Positions 54,378-64,000 of a stretch of DNA of 64,000 nt are shown here, piece by piece. The notes under the pieces were generated by a model, which saw only the letters and a program-made list of their open reading frames with translations, made no database searches and had not been told where the DNA came from. Origin of the DNA: Scyliorhinus canicula (lineage: Eukaryota); assembly GCF_902713615.1 (NCBI RefSeq), contig NC_052146.1, positions 87,587,626-87,651,625 on the forward strand, read 5' to 3'. A program made the position numbers and the translations under genes. Each line of letters opens with the position of its first letter. Position 1 is the first letter of the stretch.

Positions 54378-56545
54378 TGAACATATGAAATAGGAACAGA
54401 AGTAAGCCATTCAGTCCCTCAAGCCTGCTCTGCCATTTGATGAGATCATGGCTGATCTGCTTATGTTGAGTTCTACATTTCCATCTATCCTCGAAAGCCT
54501 TTGATTTTCTTGCCTAACAAGAATCTATCTACCTTCACCTTAGAAATATTCAGTGACTTCGCCTCCACCGCCTTCTGAGGCAGAGTTCCAAAGTCCCACA
54601 ACCCTCTAAGAGCAAACATTTCTCCTCATCACTGTACAAAAAGGGTGACCCCTAGTTCTGGATTCACGCAGAAGAGAAAACACCCTTTCCATGTTGACCT
54701 TGTCAAGATCATCCAGGATCTTATACACTTCAATCAAGTCACCCCTCACTCTTCTAAACCCCAATGGAAACAATCCCAGTCTGTCCAACCTTTTCTCATG
54801 AGACAACCCACTCATTCCAGGTGTCAATCTAGTGAACCTCTTCTGAATCACCTCCAACACATTTACATCCTTCCTTAAGTAAAGAAACCAAAAATACATA
54901 GAATGTGCGAGATGTGGTGTCACCAATGACCTGTATAACTGAAGCATGATGTGGAGATGCCAGCGCTGGACTGGGTTGGACACAGTAAGAAGTCTCACAA
55001 CACCAGGTTAAAGTCCAACAGGTTTATTTGAAATCACAAGCTTTCAGAGTGCTCCGAAAGCTTGTGATTTCAAATAAAGCTCTTTGTAAAATAAATTCAA
55101 AGTACCCCATTATTTTTTTTCCCAATTAAGGGGCAATTTAGCGTGGCCAATCCACCTAACCCGCACATCTTTTTTGGGTTGTGGGGGTGAGAACCACGCA
55201 GACACGGGGAGAATGTGAAAACTCCACACTTAATAAACCTGTTGTGAAACTTCTAACTGAAGCAGAACATCCTTACTTTCATGTTCAATTCCTCATGTAA
55301 TAAAAAAAAATGATGATCTTTATTAGTTTCACAAGTAGGCTTACATTAACACTGCAAGTTACTGTGAAAATCCCCTAGTCGCCACACTACAGCACCTGTT
55401 CGGGTACACGATGGGAGAATTCAGAATGTCCAATTCACCTAACGTTCATTTGGGGCATCCCATTCCATTACCCATCTCAATTACTTGCTGAAGCTACATA
55501 CTAACCTTTTGTGACTCATGCACTGGAACACCGAGATCCCTCTGCACAACAGAATTCTGCAGTTGTTCTCCAATTAAGAAACACTCTGCTTTTTTATCCT
55601 TCCTGCCAAAGTGAACAACTTCACATTTTCCCTCATTCCATCTGCCAGATTTTTGCCCCATTCACTCAACCTATCCACATCCGTCTGCAACCTCCTTATG
55701 TCCTCTTCACAACATACTTTCCTGCCTATCTTTATGTCATCTGCAAATTCAGCTACCATGCCATCCCTCCCCTCATCAAAGTGATTGATGTAAATTGTAA
55801 AAGGTTCAGAGCCTAGCACAGACCATTGCAGGACTCCACTCGTCACAATCAGACAAAGATCCATTTCTGAATACTCATTGTTTTCTGCCAGTCAGCCAAT
55901 CTTCTATCCATGCTAATATTTTACCCCCTGCACTATGGGCTTTCATTTTCCACAATAGCCTTTGATGTGACATCTTATCAAATGCCTTCTGGAAATCCAA
56001 GTACAGTATATCCACCAGTTTCCCTTTATCCACAGTGCATGTTACTGGTGCAAATTACTCAAATAATTGAATAAACATGATTTCCCTTTCACAAACCATG
56101 CTGACTCTTTCCGAGTACTTGAGTTTCCCTATGTGCCCAGCTATAAGCTCCTTAATCATCGGTTCTAACACCTTCCCCACAACAGATGTGATGGATCTCT
56201 ATCAAGATGCGAACTATAGTTTTCCTTTTTCTGCCTCCCTCCCTTCTTGAATTGAGGGGTTATATATTCTACTTTCCAGCCTGATGGAACTTTTCCAGAA
56301 TTTTGTGAATTTTGGAAAATTAACACCAATGCATCTACTATCTAATCTGTCACCTCTTTTAAGATCCTAGGGTGAAGTCATCAGGATTCTGAGACTTGTC
56401 AACCACAGCTTAACCAATTTGCTCAGTACCATTTCCCTAGTGATTGTAATTTCACCAAGTTCCTCTCCGCCTTGCACCTCCTGATTTACACTAATTACTG
56501 AAATGTTTTTGTATCCCCTTTGGTGAAGACAGAAACAAATAATGC
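54378..56545 (-). mobile_element. CR1 fragment with nested Penelope-derived and SINE insertions
   Basis: VTSGVLQWSVLG, EFADDIK, LYRSLVTPHL; CR1 tail at ~54380. Confidence 0.85.
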
Positions 56546-56929
56546 TTAAAAAGGGTTATCCACAAGATAGATATAGGTAAAGGAAGAGCTGGAAAATCTT
56601 TGAAATCCATATAAAATCTGAAAGTACATCTGTTAGGTGTACTTTACAATAATAGCCCATAAGTTAACAACAATCCTGCAGCAGAATAGGGAACATCATT
56701 GAGTGAAGCAATTTCTGCAGGTGGGGAGTTCCCCTGCAGACAGATTCTGATGCAAGGTATGAAAGCAGAAGTTTTTAAAAAAGCAGCGAGAAGCCGCTGA
56801 AAGGGAGAAACAGGGAACTGAGCTTAAACTACCCACACTTTGTGAGGGAGGGGACTGTAATGGTGCAGCCCATGCCTTCCAAATAAGGTTTGGGTAGGGC
56901 CTCATGCAGTGCAGCTGAGAAGTGACACT

Positions 56930-57200
56930 TTTTATTCATTTATGGTATGTGAGCTTCGCTGACTAGGCCAGCATTTATTGCCCATCCTTGCGAAGGTGGT
57001 GATGAGCCGTCTTCTTGAACTGCTGCAGTCCCTGAGCTGTTGGGGAGGGAGTTCCAGAATTTTGACCCGGCAATATATTTCCAAGTCAGGATGGTGAGCG
57101 ACTTGGAGAGGAGCTTCCAGGTGGTGGTGTTCCCATATGTCTGCACCCTTGTCCTTCTGGATGGTAATGGTCGTGGGTTCGGAAGGTGCTGCCAAAGGAT
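56930..57200 (-). mobile_element. Family B LINE 3' end
   Basis: Same 3' tail and terminal coding region as the other family B copies. Confidence 0.8.
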
Positions 57201-57605
57201 GTATATCCTAAATGTATATCACAACAGCTGCTTTTCAAGATGCTTCAGTTTGCTCAAGCATTTCAACTCACAGCTTATTCTGAGTATTTTCTTGTCCCAA
57301 AACATTAGTATTCCATCCACCATTGATGCACAGTGTGACCCATGACTTCCTTCACTGTGTTTTCACGTGCAAGAGATCTATTTTTTAAATTTAGAGTACC
57401 CAATTCATTTTTTAGCAATTGAACAGCAATTTAGCGTGGCCAATCCACCTACCCTGCAACATCTTTAGGTTGTGGGGGCAAAACCTATGCAAACACGGGG
57501 AGAATGTGCAAACTCCACATGGAAAGTGACCCAGGGCCGGGATTGAACCTGGGACCTCAGCGCTGTGAGGCAGCAGTGCTAACCACTGTGCCACCATGCT
57601 GCTCC

Positions 57606-58165
57606 GAGAGAGAGATCTCTGAGGCCCTTTTCAGATCCAAATTTGGTTCAGCTATTAATTTCCGCAGGATCGCCATGTTGTTGACTCCGCACACAAGGTG
57701 GCCCATCAGCATCTCCAGTAGGGATGGCCCGTAATCGCAGTGCTCAGCCAGCTTGCATAGGCAGTGGAATTGATGATGCCGCCAAACATGTAGTAAATCT
57801 ATGATCATGAACTTTCTGAAAGCAAGGAGTTGTTCTAGCACATTGCTTCAATCCTGATATGCCATCGCCCCACATCAAATGGAAAGAGGAATTTCATAGG
57901 ATTTTTTCTCAAGGCTCACCATTGAGTCTACACTTGAAAACTCTGAAACTGACTGCCCCGGGGTTCTCTCCGCAAATTGAACCTTTGGACAATAACCAAC
58001 AGTTTGGGGTAATAGTGGTCCACCACGAACACCACCAGTTCATCAAAGGTTTTGGAGTCTGGAGCCACAGTGTAGGTCAGGCTTTTGATTATGCTAAAAG
58101 TAGGGACCCCACCATCGCTCAGGAGTATCACTTTCTGGTGGTCATTTCCTACAACGATGTTGGCC
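57606..58165 (-). mobile_element. Gypsy-type gag remnant
   Basis: PDSKTFDELV..DHYYPKLLVIVQRF and LAEHCDYG..LVCGVNN..RKLIAEPNLDLKRA are typical of fish Gypsy gag. Confidence 0.75.
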
Positions 58166-59984
58166 CTGTGTTCGGCCCACAGTTGAAAGATGTGCAGGTT
58201 AAGTGGATTGGCCAAGCTAAAATAGCCCCTTAGTGTCCAAGGATGTGCAGGTTAGATTAGGGGAATAGGGCGGGGTGGGCGGGGAGTGGATCTAGGTAGA
58301 GTGCTCTTTCAGAGCGTTGTTGAAGACTCGATGGGGCGAATGGCCTCTTTCTGCACTGTAGGTATTCTATATGCACACACAGTGAGCCATGAGAAAACAT
58401 CCTATGAAATACTCTTTCCATTTGATGTGAGACAAAGGCATATCAAACTTGAAGCAATGTGCTGGAACAAATCCTCGTATCAGAGAGTTCGTGATCAGAG
58501 ATTTACTACATGTTTGGCGGTGTCATTAATTGGACTACCAAATCACTTCCATTTAAGCAAGTTTACCATGTGGGCCCAAGCTGGTTTTGTTTATGGTGCA
58601 GTTATCTATTGTGGAAATAAAGCAGCACAAATGGATAAAATCAAAAAATTTGCACACCTCAGATTAAGTGCAATGTAGGGCACGGCATAAATTAGTGACC
58701 CGATTACTTATTTGTTCAATCTTATCTTGCATAATCACTCCCTCACTCGTGGGACTGTCTCACTTGAGCATTATCAACGTGCTTAGAAATGAACATCAGC
58801 TCAGCCTGTCAAAGAAATCTTTGCACAGTAGTTTGTAACTTATCTGTGAATCAAACTATTTTGTTGATATCCCAGATTTGGTCTTGTTGTACTCAGCTAC
58901 ACAAACAGTTGCCTTGTAATACAATATTTAAGTATTGCTGAAAAAAGAAGCATGATTTTCATCTTGTACTCATCAGGCCATTCGCAAGAATACCAATTGT
59001 TAAGGTAACAACAATTTATATTGCATGAGGAGAGCTGATTGGTGGAAAACTGACTCTGACTGGTAGAGACATTGACATGGCGAATGCACCAGAGGGCAGT
59101 TAACTGTTGAGCTTTGTTTAAATTCAAACCAGGCAGCTTGGCCTTGATTGGTCAAGGCAAATTAACCAGGGGATGATTGTCCTCTCAACTTTTGTATAGT
59201 TTAGACTTTCTATGACAGTGTCGTAGACCCAAGGTTGTGTCAGTGATAATTTCTTGAATCTGATTTAGTCGTGTCCAGAGTACAAAGGTCTCTGGGTCTT
59301 TTAATTTGCTGTCCATGACCGTTTGCCTTTTCTCGTAGTTGCCACTTTAAGGCAGCAACTTCTTTTCACTCAGGCTGTCTCTGCAGCTTGTCAGTTCTGT
59401 TTGATTTTCCTGGGCTCTCCTGATGTAGACGGGTCTCCCGGTGATCATGGGTCTTTTCCAAACTTTTAATGTAAGAGCATTTGTTTCTTTTTTCTCTCTG
59501 CAGGACCCGCTTATTTTGAATTCTATTGGCTATCTCAATTTTTGATCTTCCCACACTTTTGGAGTTTTGGCAAAGGCACTTTTTTAAATAGGTTGCAAGC
59601 TGTCAAATCTGCAGTAATGTGTTTTGTTAATATTTGAGCTGCAGCAATTTGTTTCTGGGCGATTGATTCCATTTTTGTTAACTTCTGCAGGTCTTTTGGA
59701 TTTTGTTCTGCATGTCCAGCACTCCAGGAGTCCTGAGGCTGGTTATTATTATTTTTAGCTTAAAACAATACCTTTGTCCTCTGTTCTGTTCTTTTTCGGG
59801 CAACCTTTCCTTTACTTTTTAATTTTTTAAAACTATTTTTTATAAATTTGTAATTTTGTTCCAGCTTCTCTATTCAACTGCTGGACTAGTCAACAATGCC
59901 CAGATCCCATGAATGAATGAAAAAATGTAGCACTCCCGTGCAGGTTTTTTTTTACAGTCAGACGAAGTTTACAAGTTTGTAGAT

Positions 59985-60960
59985 TATCCAGAGATGAGAA
60001 CCTTCAGTTATGGGGATAGATTGGAGAATTTGGGACTGTTCTCCATGGAGAGGTAAAAGCTGAGAGGAGATTTAATTGAGCTGCCCAAATCATGAGGAGG
60101 CTAGAACAAGTCGATAGGGGAAATCTGTTCCTGCTCGTAACAGGATCAAGATTTACAGGGCACAGACTGAAAATGATTTGCAAAAGAAGCAAATATGATG
60201 TAAGAAAGAACTTTTCCACACAAGTGGTTCAGATCTGGAATGCACTGCCTGGAAGTGTAGGAGAGGCTACTTCAATTGAGGCATTCAGAAGGGTATTGTA
60301 TGATTATTTGAATGGAAACAATGTGCAGAGTTACAGGAAAATGGCACGATGTCATAATGCTAATTTTTTGGCAGCATGGTGGCACAGTGGTTAGCACTGA
60401 TGCCTCACGGCGGAGAGGTCCAAAGTTCGATCCCAACTCTGGGTCACTGTCCGCGTGGAGTTGGCACATTATTCCCATGTTTGCGTGGGTTTCACCCCAC
60501 AACCTAAAGATGTGCAGGGGCAGCACGGTAGCACAGAAGCTAGCACTGTGGCTCCACAGCGCCAGGGTCCCAGGTTCGATTCCCCACTGGGTCACTGTCT
60601 GTGCGGAGTCTGCACGTTCTCCCCGTGTCTGCGTGGGTTTCCTCCGAATGCTCCCACAGTCCAAAGACGTGCAGGTTAGGTGGATTGGCCATGCTAAATT
60701 GCCCTTAGTGTCCAAAAAAGGTTAGGAGGGGTTATTTGGTTACGGGGATAGGGTGGAAGTGAGGGCATAAGTGGGTCAGTCCAGACTCAATGGGCTGAAT
60801 GGCCTCCCTCTGCACTGTATGTTCTATGATTGGCCATACCAAATTGCACCTTAATTGGAAAAAATTAATTGGGCACTCTAAATTTATTTTTTAAAATAAT
60901 GCTCATTTGGAGAGTTAGTACAGACACAAAAGGCCGCATGACCTCTTTCTGCACCATAAC
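59985..60960 (+). mobile_element. CR1 3' fragment hosting nested SINEs (60370-60895)
   Basis: RKNFSTQVVQIWNALP; host sequence resumes after the SINE TSD. Confidence 0.75.
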
Positions 60961-61524
60961 AATTCTGTGATTATACTGAGCCTGTGAGTACAGCTGCTTT
61001 TGTAATTTTGTGTACCATCAGGTTCTTTCAAATTTTTGTAGTGAATATCTACTCACTCTGATGAATTCCTCGCTTCCAAGTCTGTAGTGAAGCTTCTTCA
61101 AAATGTTCTTCAATGTTTCTTCTTACGTGTATGTCTTTCTGGCTTGCCATCAGTTTCCATTCCTTGGGATACTGTTCTGGATTCCTGCATTTAGCTGTCA
61201 TCAATCACAACACCGCTGATCACCACCACTGAACTCCATGGTACTATCTCCATTGATCATCACCAACAATGTGATATCTTTCAGAAGATGCCACCATTGC
61301 CAACTACATTGTGATGTCTCATTGAGATCCAGCAGAGTTGTATGTTTTAACATGAACTCTTTATTGGCTTTCTTTAGCTATTTACAATTTGCAGTTATTA
61401 CTGCCATACAGGTAGGCTGCTTACTTATGGTGTTGTTTCCAGATTCTCAGTGCCTATTACCATGTGACTCTATGCATTATACGGTGGGGATGCTACCCTC
61501 CAGTCCCTCAGCGCTGTGAGGCAG

Positions 61525-62260
61525 CAGTGGCTGTGTTACTAAGTAAGAGGGTGTCTTTCTCAATGAAGAGGTTCATTGCTGATCCGAGTGGTAGATTTGT
61601 GTTGGTGTTTGCTGACTGGACGAACAAGGGAGAGGGAAGAGGAACTAGGCCTTGAGCTTGGGGGAGGTCTCTGGAAAAAGATCTTGTATAGAGTAAACTC
61701 CTCCTCCTCGTGCGTGAGGCTGGATCTGACACAACTAAAAGTGGTGTAAACGGCATCCTGACCAGGACACACACGAGTGGATCCTTCCCAGGGGTGGATG
61801 ACAGCTCTGAGTGATGCCAGCAGGTTCTGGCTAACCACTCTCACATGTTCTGGTCCTGCCCAAAATTGATCGGATTCTGGACCACGTTCTTTGAAGCCAT
61901 GTCCGAGGTCATGGGATCAAGGTGGAGCCATGCCATTTAATGGCAAACTTTGGGGTGTCAGGAAACAGACCGAACTCTTCGAGGGTAAGGGGCAATCGTC
62001 ATGGCCTTTTCCTCCCTGATGGCCCAGCGACATCTCCTACTTGGGTGGACATCGGTGGTGCAGCCTAGGGCCTCTGACTGGCTGACACACCTGGTGGCAT
62101 TCCTGATTGGAAAAAAATCAAATTTGCCATCAGGGGGTCAGAAGGCTTCCACTCCAGGTGGAGGCAGTTCACCACCATCTTCAAGGATCTGCCCGTGACC
62201 AATAGCTTGGGGAGAGCAGGGGAAAGAGCACAGCGATAACGCTTCTAAAATAAAAGTACA
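61525..62260 (+). mobile_element. Highly deleted L1 remnant (EN piece + C-terminus)
   Basis: AVLLSKRVSF..ADPSGRFVLV followed by HMFWSCPKL and MAFSSLMAQRHLLLGW. Confidence 0.7.
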
Positions 62261-62334
62261 ATGAACTGTTTGCACTATATCCATTGTAACGATGCCCAGG
62301 AGCTGTGTTGTTCTGTAACTTTTTGAATATCACA

Positions 62335-64000
62335 GTAAAATATAGCAGAAAAGGCGATTCAGCCCATCTAGTCTACACCACCACAGAAAAGGCACCTAAT
62401 CTGCCAATCCTAATCCCATATGCCAGCACTTGGCCCATAGCCTTCAATGTTCATACCTGCCAAGTGCTCATTCAGGTACTTTTTAAAAGACATAAGGCAA
62501 CCTCACCAGGCAGTGCGTTCCAGACCGTCACCACCCTCTGGGTAAAAATGGTTTTCCTCAAATCCCCCCCTCATCTCCCGCCTCTCACCTTGAACTTGTG
62601 TCCCCTCGTAACCAACCCATCAACTAAGGGGAACAGCTGTTCCCTATCCATCCTGTCCCTGCCCCTCATAATCTTGTAAACTTTGATCAGATCACCGTTC
62701 AGTCTTCTCTGCTCCAGTGGAAACAACCCAAAGCCTATCCAACCTCTCTTCATAAGTAACATTTTTCCATTCCAGGCAGCATCCTGTGAAATGCCTCTGC
62801 ACCCGCTCCAGTGCAATCACACCCTTCCTGTAATGTGGCGACCAGAACTGCACACAGTACTCCAGCTGTGGCCTCACCAATGTGCCCTTTTCACCACCCT
62901 ATTAACCTGCCCTTCTACCTTCAGATATCTATTTACAAACATGCCAAGGTCTCTTTGTTCCTCAGGACTTCCCAGTGTAGTGCCATTCATTAAATATTTC
63001 CTTGTCAAATTGCTCCTTCCAAAGTGTAACACCTCACACTTTTCAGGATTAAATTCCATCTGCCACTTTTCTGCCCATTTGACCATCGCATCTATATCTT
63101 CCTGTCACCCAAAACTCTCAGCGTCACTGTTAACCACCTGGCCTATCTTTGTGTCATCCGCAAACGTACTGATCCTACCCCCACATAGTCATCTGTCATT
63201 TATATAAATTACAAATAATAGGGGACCCAGCACAGATCTCTGTGGTTCTCCACTGGACACTGGCTTCCAGTTTGTCATCATCCTATGTTTTCTACAGCTC
63301 AATCACTCAACCAGCTTTGAATCCACCATATCAAGTTCCCCTGTATCCCATGTGCATTTGCCTTCTTTATAGGTTTCCCATGTGGGACCTTGTCAAATGC
63401 TTTGCTAAAATCCATGTAAACTACATCAACTGCACTACCCTCATCTACACACTTAGTCACGTGCTCAAAAAATTCAATCAAATTTGATTGGCATGACCTC
63501 CCTCTGACAAAGGCATGCTGACTATTCCTGATCAAACCTTGCCTCTCCAATTGGAGTTAGATTCTCTCCTTCAGAATTTTCTCCATTAGTTTCCCCACCA
63601 CTGACATGAGACTCACTGGCCTGTAGCTCCCTGGCTTATCCCTACAGCCTTTCTTAAACAGTGTGACCACATTCTCAGTTTTCCAGTCTTCTGACACCTC
63701 TCTTGTTGCCAAAGAAGAATTAAACATTTAGATCAGGGCCGTTGCAATCACCTCCCCCGCTTCCCACAGCAACCTGGGACACAATTAATCTCGACCTGTA
63801 GATTTGTCCACTTTTAGGCCCGCCAACACCTCCAATACCTTGTCCCTCCCTTTGACAACTTGCTCAATAACATCACAGTCTCTCTTCCCGAGTTCCATAT
63901 CTGCCTCCTCATTCTCTTGGGTGAAGGCAGATGTGAAATATTAATTTAACACCCTACCAGTGTCCTCTGGCTTCACCCACAGATTTCCGCTTTGGCCCCT
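62335..64000 (-). mobile_element. CR1 (HER1-type) RT fragment running off the window
   Basis: SQHAFVRGRSC..VYMDFSKAFDKVPH; VRPQLEYCVQFWSPHYRK. Confidence 0.92.

Noticed and set aside
56721-56756. Possible 36-nt plus-strand exon (cag|...|gtatga)
   Set aside because: Weak pyrimidine tract, no recognisable peptide and no partner exons.
59210-59780. Coding-like, A-rich minus-strand stretch
   Set aside because: Broken by stops and frameshifts with no motif I can assign; probably a decayed retroelement.

Overview
Vertebrate genomic DNA, almost certainly from a shark (cartilaginous fish), inferred from abundant HE1-type V-SINEs and HER1-type CR1 LINEs. Two spliced protein-coding genes lie head-to-head with only 175 bp between their ATGs. 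IQCC is on the minus strand (5 coding exons, 19402->497, 245 aa). ZBTB8OS/archease is on the plus strand (19578->36967; 5 of 7 expected coding exons visible, exons 2-3 presumably inside the 500-N gap at 21211-21710). An intact tRNA-Gln(CTG) lies at 49834-49905 (-). Most of the rest is nested mobile DNA: CR1, L1, Penelope, Rex1-like, solo LTRs, a Gypsy gag relic, hAT elements and several SINE families. The most striking observation is a ~3.2-kb single-ORF (EN-RT) CR1/L2-group LINE at 40090-43591. It starts with a tRNA-like A-box/B-box head, and its sense strand is almost free of T4 runs, as expected for an RNA polymerase III transcript. A SINE family in the window looks like its internal-deletion derivative. 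Also notable are a Penelope hammerhead ribozyme with a compensated U3-A8 core, V-SINEs with swapped 3' tails, and an RT-less L1 with intact ends. All calls were made by eye; repeat boundaries without TSDs are approximate.
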